Source of the DNA: Octopus sinensis
Lineage: Eukaryota
Assembly (NCBI RefSeq): GCF_006345805.1
Contig: NC_043002.1
Coordinates: 92,132,001 to 92,196,000 of the forward strand
DNA length: 64,000 nucleotides
Direction of reading: 5' to 3'
Positions 1-13,745 of this stretch are shown piece after piece. Below the pieces are notes generated by a model, which made no database searches, was not told the origin of the DNA, and worked only from the letters and a program-made list of their open reading frames with translations. Both the position numbers and the translations under genes were made by a program. Numbering within the stretch: the stretch's first letter is position 1; every line of letters starts with the position of its first letter.

Positions 1-365
1 TATACAAAGAATCAGGTGTTTAGAACAGAAAATAGGAATTACGTAATTTAGTAAGGGACAGCTGCCAAGCGGATATGAACTGCTGACAAGAAAATGGCGA
101 GAAATAAAGGATGTAGGGCAGTAATTATAATTTATTCAGGGAGTTCGATACTGTTGCGGGTGAAGGAGAGTAAAAAAAAAGTCATTCTTGGTCTGGAGAC
201 CTGGCACAAACGCTTTCAAGACAGTTGGCTGCACTAAAGACAACAACGAAGTAAGTCTACCACTCGCATTTAGAAACGGTTTCACCGACGATTAAATTCC
301 ATTCAGAAAATTTTAGTGGTCCGAGACAATTGCAAAAGACACACGACATTCCGTGATGTAGGACA

Positions 366-588
366 GGCGGCGAGCTGGCAGAACCGTTAGCACGCCGGGC
401 GAAATGCGTAGCCGTATTTCATCTGCCGTTACGTTCTGAGTTCAAATTCCGCCGAGATCGACTTTGCCTTTCATCCTTTCGGGGTCGATAAATTAAGTAC
501 CATCAGTCGATGCAATCGACTTAATCCGTTTGTCTGTCCTTGTTTGACCCTTCTGTGTTTAGCCCCTTGTGGGTAGTAAAGAAATAGA
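366..588 (+). mobile_element. tRNA-derived SINE family A (Deu/Nin-like central domain)
   Basis: GGCGAGCTGGCAGAA head and GCCTTTCATCCTTTCGGGGTCGATAAA core. Further copies near 1627-1790, 3199-3408, 3845-4069, 4745-5140, 6780-6990, 7215-7428, 25490-25710, 34570-34950, 62237-62470 and 63200-63830. Confidence 0.85.
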
Positions 589-814
589 TGTAGGATCGAA
601 CCGAAATCGAATTATTTTTAATACACAGCAGCAATAATACAATTGTCAAGAAGTATATGAATATCGTAGCCACCAAGCAATAACTAACCAACACCTCTTC
701 CTAGTCACCAACTTTCGAATAACCACTTGGCATTAACAATAATAGTATCATTGTGATAACGATGTCTGGTTAAATGTGCAGCATATCATCACAACGACAT
801 GGGTGTGCTGTGTA

Positions 815-863
<49 letters not shown>

Positions 864-1095
864 AAGAGAGATAGAGGAAGAGAAAGCGAAAGAAAGAGGA
901 AGATGAGTTTTTATGACTTTAGTCATAGTTGTAAAGGACGAAGTGGCCATCAATCTGGTAATCCATTAACTAACTTTAATCATACAATACGTCCTTCCAC
1001 CTCACTCTATCACGCTTTCATATTGTCATTTCTATTTTTACATCCACAAGTAAAAGTCAATATTTTGCTCTCAAACAACAGTTGTTTCCTTGTAC

Positions 1096-1510
1096 GGATC
1101 TTTTCGGTTTGAACGGCAGTTTTTCTAGCGGTGTCATATGAAATTGTCACCCATAATTATGACCCTAGTATTGATCTATTGCATTTCAATCTGTTTTAGG
1201 GTTAGGGTTAGGGTTATGGGTGGGGGGAGGGTATCTTTTTTTCTACACAAATGTAAATAAACCCAATCTGTTTCTTAAACGAGGGACATATTCATACGAC
1301 ACAGAATGTTTTTTTACCTCAATAGACGTATTTGATTAGTTGAAAGAAATTGAAGAAAAAACAACAAATATCTTACAAACTCTGGAATTTTCTCAATAAA
1401 GCCAAGAGAAAAAGATGTTTTATAAACACATTCTACCAGTATACGAAGTTTAAAATTTTTTAGTTACCTAGAAATTATGTTAAAAACTGCCGTTCAAACC
1501 GAAAAGATCC
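1096..1510 (+). mobile_element. MITE (GG termini, 8-bp TSD; Merlin-like) with internal TTAGGG repeats
   Basis: TIR GGATCTTTTCGGTTTGAACGGCAGTTTT; TSD CCTTGTAC at 1088-1095 and 1511-1518. Confidence 0.88.
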
Positions 1511-2036
1511 CCTTGTACGACTATTATATTATATATTTATTGTAGATAAATACTAATCGCGCCACTGTTGGATTTACCAACAGTTTTACCTACAGTTCAA
1601 GATGTTTGGTAGAAATTACCAACTGGCGGTATTTCGTCCGTCTTTACGTTCTGAGTTCAAATTCCGCCGAGGTCGACTTTGCCTTTCATCCTTTCGGGGT
1701 CGATAAATTAATTACCAGTTGCGTACAGGGGTCGATCTAATCGACTAGCCCTCTCCCCCAAAATTTCGGGCCTTGTGCCTAGAGCAGAAAAGAAATTACC
1801 AACTGGAGTTGAAGGTAGTAGTACGAAGCGAAAAGTAACCGTAAAGAGATTACACTGGATATTAAACCTAATGTTTTTAAAAGGCCTAATACAGAGAAAA
1901 AAAGTCAACTAAATTGTCATAAGATTAAAGCTTACAATCCCTTCGGTAAGGACAATACCTGTCAATAAAGAGGAAAGTATGTCAAGTGCTCAAGAAGTTA
2001 TTCTGTTAAGTGCTCGACCTAATTTGTTAATATACC

Positions 2037-2462
2037 GGATCTCTTCGGTTTGAACGGCAGTTTTTAACATAATTTCTAGGTAACTAAAAAATTTTTAACT
2101 TCGTATACTGGTAGAATGTGTTTATAAAACATCTTTTTCTCTTGGCTTTATTGAGAAAATTCTAGAGTTTGTAAGATATTTGTTGTTTTTTTCTTCAATT
2201 TCTGCAATTTCAACGAATCACTGAAGCCTATTGTGGTAAAAAAAAAAACATTCTGTGCCTTATGAATATGTCCCTCGTTTAAGAAACAGATTGGGTTTAT
2301 TTACATTTGTGAAGAAAAAAATATACCCTTCCCCCCACCCCTAACCCTAACCCTATCCCTAAAACAGATTGAAATGCAATAGATCGATACTAGGGTCATA
2401 ATTATGGGTGACAATTTCATATGACACCGCTAGAAAAACTGCCGTTCAAACCGAAAAGATGC
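2037..2462 (-). mobile_element. Same MITE family, inverted orientation
   Basis: Same TIRs; TSD AATATACC at 2029-2036 and 2463-2470. Confidence 0.88.
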
Positions 2463-2470
2463 AATATACC

Positions 2471-3830
2471 TAACGTAATGCTTAAAATGGAACGATTTTG
2501 AGTGTATGGATCAAGGGCCAGACTCGACATAATGTGACGATAAACACTATGGTAATTTTATTTTTAAAATAGCTAAAAAAATTATATGACAATTTGCAGA
2601 AAAATAAACTTCTAATGGAAAGTGGAAAATTCTGGCTAGTAAATGTTGATCTGAAAGGTTTAAGAAGCGTTTGAATCAGCACCACAGATTCAAATGACTG
2701 GTAAAGTTGCTTGTGCAGATACAGAGGCTGCGACTAATTGGCCTGAGCAGCTGAAGAAAATGATTGCTAAAGGGGTGGGTAGACACCAAAACAAGTATAA
2801 AATATTGATGAAAATTCACTTTCTTGAAGTGCATGCTTGCTAGTTCTGTTATTTCTAAAAAAGAAAAACCATCACCAAAATTCCTCTGACTCACCTTCTG
2901 CAAGGAAATATTACTCTGATGTGAAATTAAAGCCCCTAGTTTCACTCGGAAAACATAAGAGTTTTCAAGGGTTACTCAAAGTTTAAATCTACATATACTG
3001 TTTAAATAAGGAAACATGGATGACTAATATTTGCAAAGCTCTGTTTTCCAAGAGTGGTTTGCAAAACAATTTTGTCCTGAATTTGAAAGGTACATGTCAA
3101 TCATATTTCCAATAAAGCACTGTGTCTTTTAGACAACGTACCAAGCCACCCAGTAAACTTAAATGAGCTTTCTGATGACTTGAGAGCAGAATATATATTT
3201 CTTTACTGCCTACAAGGGGCTAAACATAGAGGGGACAAACAAGGACAGACAAAGGGAGTAAGTCAATTACATTGACCCCAGTGCGAAACTGGTACTTAAT
3301 TTATCGACCCCGAAAGGATGAAAGGCAAAGTCGACCTCGGCGGAATTTGAACTCAGAACGTAGCGGCAGACGAAATGCCTCTAAGCGTTTTACCCGGCGT
3401 GGTAACATTAATTCAGAAAAGATTTATTGACACTTCCAAATGATGATGTAGGTTTTCTAGAAGTCATGCAGGATGATATAGTTCGATTGTCAGTATCCCA
3501 TAGAGAATGTTTATCTAACAAGGAGCTGATAGTGTTAGATCATGAGCAAGCTGAGAATACAAATGAAAACTCGGAAAGGGCTGGCACTTATATAGGAAGG
3601 TCTGCAAGATATTGCATATATCGCCACTAATCGTGAGTGTATGACAATCACATGATTAGTTTACAGTGAGTTCAGTTCTACTAAGAAAGCGTTGATGCAT
3701 TATAAACATCAAAAAGGTTTGGATAAGTTCTTCATTCCTTTTGCAGATGATGAACTATAAGATAGGAAACAGTGTCCTCACCCTAACTCTCAAACAGTTA
3801 TCAATATCTTTTGTGGTAAGAACGCTCCCT
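2471..3830 (+). mobile_element. Tigger/pogo transposase relic, interrupted by SINEs
   Basis: Fragments WMT, FQEWF...FCPE, LLDNVPSHP and GFLEVMQDDIVRLSVSHRECLSNKEL. Boundaries approximate. Confidence 0.65.
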
Positions 3831-5349
3831 ATTGCAATATTTTTCGCTATTGCTCACAGGGGGTGGGGGGGCTAAACATAGAGGGAGCAAACAAAGGGAT
3901 TAAGTCGATTGCATAGACCCCAGTGCGTAACTGGTACTTAATTTATCGACCCCGAAAGGATGAAAGGTAAAGTCGACCGCGGCGGAATTTGATCTCAGAA
4001 CGTAACGGAAGACGAAATACTGCTAAACATTTCGCCCGGCATGCTAACGATTCTGCCAGCTCGCCGCCCTGTTCCCTGTTCCCCTGTTACAATATTACGA
4101 TTATTATTTATCAATTAACGTATTTCAATTCAAATGTCTTTATGTATACATATTGAACTCAATATTTAGAAATTGCTTTGTTTTTTGTTTGTTTGTTTGT
4201 TTTTGTTTTTTTTTTTTTGCATGCAAAAAAAAAAATAATAATTCCCTTGTGTTTCTTTTTTTTTCTTTCTTTTTTTTTACATGATTTTTTTTTCTTTCTG
4301 CTTTTTGTCTATTTTCTCGAAAATATCAGTCGGAATGCATCTCATTTTTATAATACGAAGATCAATAGGAAAATTGATTGCGCGTTACGTGAGATTTTCA
4401 AGAACGCACTGCACCCGTAATACGAGGGATTCTTGTAAGGCTCATGACAAGGGGCAAAAAAAAATTACTACAACAAATCATGATTTTATTATTCAGAAGA
4501 TTTAATATTTATGATGAATGTACCATTTTTGGTATGTGCATTGCACCTACGTAGCAGATTCAGAATAACACAGATATTCAAAGATAGCGACCCTAGTGAA
4601 AAATTGAGTCACTATCTTATTTTGATTAATCCGGTTTGTCCGATGTTGGCTTAACGGAGATTGGTTTAACGATGATTCATCGTGACTGAGTACACACACG
4701 CACGCACAAACATTTATAAGTGAGTATATATTGGTAGAAAAACTGGCGAGCTGGCAGAAACGTTAGCACACCGGGCGAAATACTGAGCGGTATTTCATCT
4801 GCCATTACGTGCTGAGTTCAAATTCCGCCGAGGTCGACTTTGCCTTTCATCCTTTCGGGGTCGATAAATTAAGTACCAGTTACGCACTGGGCTCGATGTA
4901 ATCGACTTAATCCGTTTGTCTGTCCTTGTTTGTCCTCTCTGTGTTTAGCCCCTTGTGGATAGTAAAGAAATAGGTATTTCGTCTGCCGCTACGTTCTGAG
5001 TTCAAATTCTGCCGAGGTCGATTTTGCCTTTCATCCTTTCGGGATCGACGAAATAAGTACCAGTTACGTACTGGGGTCGATGTAATCGACTAACCCCTTC
5101 CCCCAAAATTTCAGGCCTTGTGTCTTTAGTAGACAGGATTATTAGTAACGAAAGTAGTAGTAGGAGTTACTGTTCTTGTAGTTTTGGTTTGGTCCGTCGT
5201 TATCATGGAAAGGATGATACTGGTGCTAGTGGAGTGACAGAAGTGATGGTCTTGATTGGAGCGGAATGATAATAATGGTGGTTTAACTGTTCTGAGCGTG
5301 ACAGTTCACAAAATAGTACTAAATAAATCTAATGATATGAGAGTAGGAG

Positions 5350-5830
5350 TATCGATGGTGGCAGTGGTGTTTGTGGAGGTAGTGGCGGTGGTGGTGGTTG
5401 TGGAGGTGGTAGTGGTAGTAGTGATGGTGGTAGTAGTGATGTTGATAGTAGTGATGGTGGTGGTTTTGGGGGTGGTAGTGGTTGTAGCGATGGTGGTAGT
5501 AGTGATGGTGGTGGTTGTGGAGGCAGTGGCGGTAGTGGTGGTTGTGATGATAGTGGTGGCGACGGTGGTGCTGTTGCAGCAGATGCTGAGGATTTGCCGG
5601 TGGTGATGGTGGAGCGACTACTGCTACTACTGCTGGTGTTGTGAAGGTAGTATCGATGGTGTAGTGGTAATAGTGGTGGTAGTGGTGGTGTGGTGGTGGT
5701 GGTGGTGTGGTGGTGGTGGTGGTGGTGGGGCTGGTGGTACTGGCACTGGTGGAGAGATTGTATAAAGATATTGTCCGATTTCATTCATTGTCAGCAATGC
5801 TAAACTTGGAAAGAACAGTGGCGGCGGTGG

Positions 5831-5874
<44 letters not shown>

Positions 5875-6243
5875 TGTGTGTGTGTGTGTGCGTGTGTGTG
5901 TGTATTCAGGGTGAGGCAAGGGAATGCTATATTCTTCATTTATCCTTGGTGAAGAATGGAAGGCAATCAGCAAGAGGGAGAACAGCAGCAGTAGCAAGGG
6001 TAAGAAGAGAGCAAGGAAGGAGAAAGGGGAGAAGGAAGAAAAAGGAAGAGAGGATGGAAGAAGGGAAGAAGGAGGAGGAGGATCCAGGAAAGATCTATCT
6101 TGACGGTGAATGCGTTGATTATTCGAATTCCCCACCGTCATCGCCACAACATGAACTCCCTTCCCCCCGCCATCTTGACCATCGATGTCACCATGACTAC
6201 TACCAACGCTAGCTCCAACATTAATGTCATCGTCGTAAAATAC

Positions 6244-6277
<34 letters not shown>

Positions 6278-6383
6278 GCCATCATCATAATTATCAACAT
6301 CATTATCATAATCGTCATCATCACCATCAACATTATCATCGCCGTCATCATCACCATCATCACCGTCATCATCATCATCACCG

Positions 6384-6436
<53 letters not shown>

Positions 6437-6595
6437 GTCGTCGTCATCATCATCATCATCATCCACAACAACAGTAACACGAACAACAACTCAATTGCAA
6501 CCAAAGAAGACAAAGACGACGATGACGACGACGACGACGACGATGATGACGACGGTGATGACGCCGACGGTGATGACGACAACGATGAAGTCATT
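5350..6595. repeat. Compound trinucleotide/dinucleotide microsatellites: (GTG/GTA)n, (TG)n, (CAT)n, (GAC)n
   Basis: Seen directly. Confidence 0.95.
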
Positions 6596-7856
6596 GGCGA
6601 TGAATGATTAACTATGGAATTGGCAAATTAACTGTAGAACAAGCTGGACAAGATAGAAATGATGAAATGGTAAAAAGGATGCGGGAATCTGTAGAGGAGA
6701 CGGAGAAAGTAGTAGCGAGAAGAAGATGAAGAAAGGAAGAGGAAAAATGGAAAAGAAAACGAATAACAACAACAGCTACAATAATTATTCTAATTTTGGC
6801 GCAAGGTTGCCATTTTTGATGGTGGGGCGGAGAAGTCGACTACATTGGTTTCGGTGCTCAAATGGTACTTATTTTATTAATCTCGAAAAGATGGAAGTGA
6901 ACCTCGGAGGCATTTGAACTCTGAACGTTAAAGAGCCGGAAGAAGTACTGCTAAGCAGCATTTAGTCCGGCGCTTTTGCCCGGCTTCTACCGGCTCACCG
7001 CCATACAATAATTGTTATTCTTTTCCGTAACCTTTTACTTGTTTCCGTCATTTGAGTGAGGCCATGCTGGAGGACTGCCTTGAGGAATTTCTTTTTAGTC
7101 GAATGAATCGACCCCGGGACTTTCTCGGTCTCTTTTGCCGAATTGCTAGTGTTACTGCTGTTGCGGTTTCTGCTGCTGTTGTTGTCACCGCTATCGCTGT
7201 TGTTGCCACTGCTACCTATTTCTTTACTACCCACAAGGGGCTAAACATAGAGGGGACAAACAAGGACAGACAAACGGATTAAGTCGATTATATCGACCCC
7301 AATACGTAACTGGTACTTATTTGATTGACCCCGAAAGATTGAAAGGCCAAGTCGACCTCGGCGGAATTTGAACTCAGAACGTAATGGCAGACGAAATACC
7401 GCTAAACATTTCGCCCGGAGTGCTAACACTGCTACCACAGATGTTATCGATGTCGCCACTGATTTTACTATGAGGTGAACTTTGTACTTTTTCACCCTCG
7501 CTTTTCCCCTCCCCTCGCCTGTATTTTTGCCTGTAACGGAGGAAAGTGGGGGGGGGGGATCTTCAGCACTCACCAGACTTACGGGAGGGGCAGTTTTTTG
7601 CCGACTCTTTCAAAACGCGCTCCGCCATCTTGTTGAATTGTATTTGATTAAACGCCCACCGAACTTATTTTGTGGGCCGAATGTAGTCCCTGGAGGAGCC
7701 AAACAAACACAGAAAACCAGTGACAGGTTCCTAGTGTTTCTATTAACAACTTGGAACAAAGTGAATAATGAAAAATAGCACCAAGCTGGTTTAAATAAAT
7801 GTTTTAATCTGAACCCACCTGGAGCGTTCGAAAACACGTCAGATGTACTCCGCAGC

Positions 7857-7890
<34 letters not shown>

Positions 7891-8026
7891 GGCATAAGGC
7901 GATAGTTTGAAGGAAGGCGTTTGTTCAGTGTTTCTCATCGGCAGGAGACTGTAAAAATTTCAAATGCCAGGTTTGATAAAATCAAGATGATTAATTCTTT
8001 TTTAATTTTTAAACAAGCGCAATACC

Positions 8027-8260
8027 TATTTCTTTATTACCCACAAGGGGCTAAACATAGAAGGGACAAACAAGGACAGACATAGGTATTAAGTCGATTA
8101 CATCGACCCCAGTGCGTAACTGGTACTTAATTTATCGACCCCGAAAGGATGAAAGGTAAAGTCGACCTCGGCGGAATTTGAACTCACAACGTAACGGCAG
8201 ACGAAATACCGCTAAGTATTTCGTCCGACGTGCTAACGTTTCTACCAGCTCTCCGCCTTT
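8027..8260 (-). mobile_element. SINE family A with TSD
   Basis: Full copy flanked by AACAAGCGCAATACC on both sides. Confidence 0.88.
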
Positions 8261-8547
8261 TAACAAGCGCAATACCATGGTGTAAAAAGGAAATATATGG
8301 ATAAGTACTTAAAAGATATTGTGTCTAGAGCCAGCTAGAGACGAAGATCTCTTGGGGCTATAAAGCTACAGTAACACCCCCTCCCCAATGTGGTTAGCCA
8401 TGATAAGATGGCTTCTATACTTTACATTATCGAGCGATTACTGTTTCAATCTCATTCTGAGATTTAATTATGCTTACTGTTCGTTTTTCGACATCAGTGG
8501 CAGACGCCATTAGAAAAACTTATATCTATTTGCAAAGGAGCCTTCAC

Positions 8548-8565
8548 TTTCATCGCTACCTGGTG
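8548..8565 (+). repeat. 18-bp target-site duplication TTTCATCGCTACCTGGTG (also 14097-14114, 19598-19615, 25135-25152)
   Basis: Four exact copies, one at every element junction. Outer flanks differ: CCTTCAC on the left, GTTACCG on the right. Confidence 0.95.
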
Positions 8566-8818
8566 TTTTTTGAATTTTTCCTCGGCGTATACCAATATTT
8601 TTCTGTTGCTGCAAATCGTTGTGTGAGTTCGTTTCCGTTTGTCTACTCTGTCGTGTTACAAGTAATATCATTGTTGAACTGTTTTTGACCCAGTAATTTT
8701 CGCCCTTTGGGGTAGAAAATTTCTGTGTGCTGTTTTGTGTGAACTCTTAACCTGTATAGGTTATTTTTGGAAAAAAAAAAATTCTCTTGTCATTTGTGAC
8801 AAGTTTGTGTTGTCTAAT

Positions 8819-10330
8819 ATGGAATTAGACTTAAGTTCAAAAAAAGACTTTCCCGAGATGGGAGAAGTATAACAACTGTTAAACAAAAGGAAACACAGAC
8901 AAAACCCAGTTTTTCAGACGCCGTAGGTGGCGAAGTCGAAGAAATGGAGGTATCAATGGAAAGATTATTCAAGTTTAGATCGCTGGTGCAAAAAAGTGGC
9001 GAAGAAACACGATTGGTACCGCCCCCCGAAACTATACAAGCAATAAAGGAAAAAATGGTCACCTACAGGGTGTACAATATCAAGAAAAACGAATGACCGA
9101 CGTGAAAAACGAAATGGTCGAAAAGTGTATGGCTCCAATAGGAGTAAAGTTAGTCATGTCAACCGAGGTGCAAGAAGCGCTACAGTGGAGGCGCATTTTG
9201 AAACGGCGGAAGTAGCAAGGCAAATTTCGACACAAACGTTGAAAAACGAGAGTATAATACTGCTACCCTTATATTTAGGATGCAGAACCGCAAAAGTGAC
9301 CCTAGAAGATATACCAAGGGGCTACGACGTGATGTGGGCGGCAACAGCGGTCATTTTTGATGTTGAATCAAAATTGACAATTTTAAGTATGAAGAGAAAA
9401 ATTGCAAAACACTGGAGAGGCCAGCAGCTGGAGATGATAATCCAGGCGGAAAATGCGACGTTGGAAAGCCTACCAGACAGAGTCTTCGTGGGGGAGGGGC
9501 ACTCCATACGAGTTTCGGTGGAAGGACGCAGGCCCAGATGTTTTAAGTGCGGGCAAAAGGGCCACGTTCGCTCCGTTTGCACAAAAAAAAATAATGCGGG
9601 CAACGCCCCCCCACAAAACGCTGTGAAGAACGCAGAAAGCAGCAAAGTGGAGAAAAAAGTAACGGCTGGCGAAAACAAGGAGGAAAAAATAAACAGGTCG
9701 AACTCCAAAAAGGAGGAAGACAAGAACGAAATGCAAAATGAGAAAGGAAAGGATGAGGAAAATAATGCAACAAAAACAAATAAACAAGAAGACATGGAAT
9801 TTACGAACGTGTCCAACAAAAGGAAAAAATCCATCACCCCTGACTCCCCACCCGTATCAAAAAAAAAAACAACGCAGACGAACAAATTAAAAATATTCTC
9901 CAATCCCACCCCGGCGGTACTACACTTATAGGCCAGCACTTTAACAAACCCCACCCCCCAACTGTAAAAGGGTTTAAACCCAACGAAAAAATTATTGCAT
10001 ACACCACAAAGAACGTGAGAGTAGAAACATGGGTGAAAGCAAGTACGCTGATCAGGTGCTACAAAGCGACCGAGAAGGAAGCAGGAGGCGGAGTGGCGAT
10101 ATGGAAGGGTCGGCGAAGAAGGATGGAAAGACAAAACCTTACAAAGCCACGTAAAAGCCGGCTTCATTAAGGATGTCACCCAGGAGGTGACAACTGGGAA
10201 ATTACCCGTTAGCCCGGCAGCCACACCAACCCAGAGCCCGGTGGCAACGCCGGTGAAACACCCAGCAGCAACGGCGAGTGGGGGGGAGACAGGCAGAAAG
10301 AATCTGTCAGGCTCCCTCTCGCAACCGTGA
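8819..10330 (+). CDS. ORF1 (gag-like nucleic-acid-binding protein), copy 1, frameshifted as given
   Basis: Starts MELDLSSKKDFPEMG. Contains the CX2CX4HX4C knuckle CFKCGQKGHVRSVC followed by a K/E/N-rich linker. Ends at TGA 10328-10330. About 500 aa when the three copies are reconciled. Confidence 0.85.
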
Positions 10331-10353
10331 GTAAATAATTTTCTTTTTTCTCG

Positions 10354-13300
10354 ATGATTAAGTTAGGTTGTATAAATGTGCGTGGAATGGGATCGAAATG
10401 GAAACAGGCTTGTTTTCGTGACGACCTCATTTCACATAGAATCGAATCGAGTAGCTATTGTTACCGAGTCCAAGATGAAGGGACCCCAAGCGTTCTCACC
10501 ACTTCTCAATGGTTACGAGAAATTTATTTCTCCTAGCCGAGGGGGAGGTGCAGGCGTGGCAGTTCTTTTCAGGAAGAACTTGGACTTACAGGTAAGTACT
10601 GTCTTTTTGGACCCAGAAGGTAGGCTGGTTGTCCTAGATGTGACGCACGTGAGTAAGCAGTCCTTCAGGTTGGTGGCTGTCTACGCTCCTAACGGACGTG
10701 GGCAGACCGGTTTTTATCGGGAACTGGAGCACTTTCTAGTGACGTCCAAAACGGTAGTCTTGGTAGGGGATTTCAACACCATTCTCGATGCGCGGGTGGA
10801 TGGTGTAGGCTCGAGCGATAGGAAGGGGAATCCTGGCCTCAAGGCTCTACTAGCGAGCTTTAATCTAGTAGACCGTTTTCGACTGGATGAGCCGAACGTT
10901 CCACAGTGGACGTGGAGTAATAACGACGGCTCACTCAGATCGTACATAGATAGAGTATTTGTTAAGGAACGAGATAGGAATAGTGTTAGCTGTCCACAAT
11001 TCTCTGTTGTGCCTTACACGGATCACAAACTTGTAACGTGTGAGGTACATGTAGATAAATGCCATAGACAAGGTCCCGGGTACTGGAAGATGAACAAGTC
11101 TATTTTGACCTGTGAAGCTTTCCGTACCCGGATTAAGGAATTAGTACAGAGGGCATTATGTGGCACCATCATTAATAATAGATGGTGGCTCGCCCTCAAA
11201 AGAGCCATCCGTTTGGAGTCCATTAGATTTAGCAAGCAGCTAAGTTTAGATAGGACTAGAATAGAGGGCGAATTAGTTAAGAACTTAGACGAGGCTATGG
11301 AATCTGGCTGTGCATCCGGAGTGTTGGCAGCGAGAGCGGTATTGTACCGTCACCTCAACGCCAAGCACGAGGGGTGTAGAGTCAGAGCTAAGTTACGTGC
11401 AGGAAAACGAGAAGGTATTAACGTTGCCGGATGGGCCCGTCGTGAGGAGAGTCAGAAGGGCAAAAAGTCCTGTATTATGTCCTTAACTGACGAGCAGGAC
11501 CGCAAGATCTATGGACAGGAGGAGATGCAGAAGGTCCTTCACCAGCATTTCGCACGGCTGTTTGGGGGCGGTGGCCCGCTCGAGCGTGGGGAGACCTTAA
11601 AGGACTTCCTAGCTGGTGGGCCTCGGCTCTCGGCAGGTGAGGCGGAGTGCTGTGAAGGATCGATCTCTCCCGCAGAGGTAAGAGGGGTTATGGCCGAGTG
11701 CGCGGGGAAAAGTCACCGGGATTGGATGGTCTACCCTATGAATTTTATTGTTGTATGCCGGACTTGTTCGGGGACATACTGGCAAGCGTCTATGCAAACT
11801 GGCAACAGAATGGGAGGATTCCCAGCTCTGTGAGTCGGGGAGTTGTGACGCTGGTCCAGAAAGACCCGAGCAAGGGGGACAGTATTAGTAATTACAGGCC
11901 CATAACTCTACTTAATGTAGAGTTTAAGATTTTGGCCAAGGTGTTAGCAAAAAGGTTGACGGCTGTCGTGAAGAAACTTGTCGGGAAGGCACAGACATGT
12001 GCAATCCCAGGCAGGTCGATCCAGGATAATCTTCACCTTCTCCGCTACACTATAGATAGGGTCGGGAAATTAGACGGCAAAGGAGGGGCATTGGTCCATT
12101 TAGACCAAAGTAAAGCGTTTGATAGGGTGGACCATCGGTACTTGGCGGCGGTTCTCGAAGCGGCTGGGCTGGGCCCTGGCTTCTGCGGGTGGATCTCAGC
12201 TATGTACAGCGGCATCAAGTCCACAGTCCAGATAAACGGTTACCTAACGGAGCCGTTTTCGATCAAGCGTTCAGTTCGACAAGGGTGCCCCTTGTCCCCG
12301 CTCCTGTATGTTTTGGCTCTTGAGCCATTGCTGCGGAAGCTGGAGAAGTTGGGAGGCAACCCTAATGAAATCGGATGCGGTAAGTCTGTTTCTGCCTATG
12401 CGGATGACGTCACCCTCATCGTGTCCAACGGAACACAGCTACCTCGGGTAGTAGGTGCTCTCCATAGATACGAAGCGGTGGCAGGGGCAAAAGTTAACAG
12501 GGACAAGTCCATCGGTTTGCGCCTCGGCACCTGGAGGAACAAGCAGATACCGTCCAGTGTTGTTGGACACTGGACGGATGGTCCTGTTAAATTGCTCGGA
12601 GTATGGTTTGGTCCAGACTCCCAGACGGAGAAGAATTGGAGCGAGGTAACGAGCAAGGTGGATGCCATAGTACGGAAGTGGTCCGGAAGGCATCTTTCCT
12701 TGAAAGGGAGGGCGGAGGTGGCACAGATGTTTATAGCCTCTGTCGTCACCTACCGCCTGACCGTCGTGCCTTGCCCCGATTCGTGGTTAAACAAGTTGGA
12801 ACGACTTCTTTTCCGCTTTTTGTGGAAAGGAGGAAAGCCACTTGTGAGACGCTCCGTGTGTTGCCAGGAACCGCTAAAGGGTGGACTGGGGATGCCTTGG
12901 CTAATGATGCGCAAGCATGCGTTGAGGCTGAGACACCTCTGGTGTTACCTGGAGGATGATAAGGTGGGAGTTCGCTGGCAGAGGAATTCTTCCCGCGACC
13001 GGCCTCTATGGAGGGATTTACACCCGGTCTCATTAAAGGACGTAAACTGACTTCATGGCAGAAGGAGTGCCGACAGGCACTCTGGCTGATCCACAAGATG
13101 GGTAAGGCCGGCAGCGGGAATACCACCTCGGTGTTCTATAAAGGGCTGGTAGGAGGAAAAAATGACGACGTCCTAGGAAGGGCTCTGGGGTTCGATGAGG
13201 ATCAACTCTCCAACCTGTTTAAGAAGACTTTCAGGCCGGGGTATTTGGATAATTACCAAAAATCCCTGACCTGGCAGTGCTATAGGAATGCATTACCTGT

Positions 13301-13745
13301 TCGCGAGAAGTTATCCAGGCACGGAATGTCAGTGCCACCGACGTGTCCAAGATGTGGGTTGGACGATGAAACCGTTCAACACGCTTTTGTACAATGTCGG
13401 GAGCTGTCAGGCTTGATAAGTTACGTGGAACACGTGTTGTCGCATCTGGGACGAGTACAGCTGTCGGCTGGATCTATGATTAAGATGATACCGCCAACTG
13501 GACTCTCAAAGGAAGGTAAGGCTTGTTTTTACTGTACGGTGGCAGTATTGAAAGAGTGTGTATGGAGAACTAGAGTGGAAGGTCTAGTGAAAGGGTCCTT
13601 TATCTCTGGCCCCGGTTTGTTAAAATACTTCGGATATCATCTGAAGAGCAAGATGGGGTTGGAGAAGAGGAGCCTGCCACAGAAAGAGTATATGGAACGT
13701 TGGAAGGATGTGATGAGAAAGGTGGGTGAGAGTAGCCCAGCTTAA
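10354..13745 (+). CDS. ORF2 (APE endonuclease - reverse transcriptase - CCHC), copy 1, frameshifted as given
   Basis: APE motifs INVRG, VYAP, GDFN, IDR, TDH. RT motifs SPGLDG, YRPITLLN, LDQSKAFDRVDH, QGCPLSP, YADD. Tx1/L1-type WSGRHLSLKGR, FLWKG, GGLG. C-terminal CPRC...H...C. Confidence 0.92.

Noticed and set aside
5256-6594. Poly-His, poly-Val, poly-Met and poly-Asp ORFs
   Set aside because: Translations of trinucleotide microsatellites, open in several frames on both strands, with no domain or splice context.
8548-8565. Target resembles the 5' ends of U2 (ATCGCT...) or U1 (...TACCTGG) snRNA, known Tx1-type targets
   Set aside because: Similarity is only 6-7 nt, and the reconstructed downstream sequence does not continue as U1 or U2.
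9322-10224. 300-aa antisense ORF overlapping ORF1
   Set aside because: F/L/S-rich mirror of the A-rich sense strand, and not kept at this length in the other copies.
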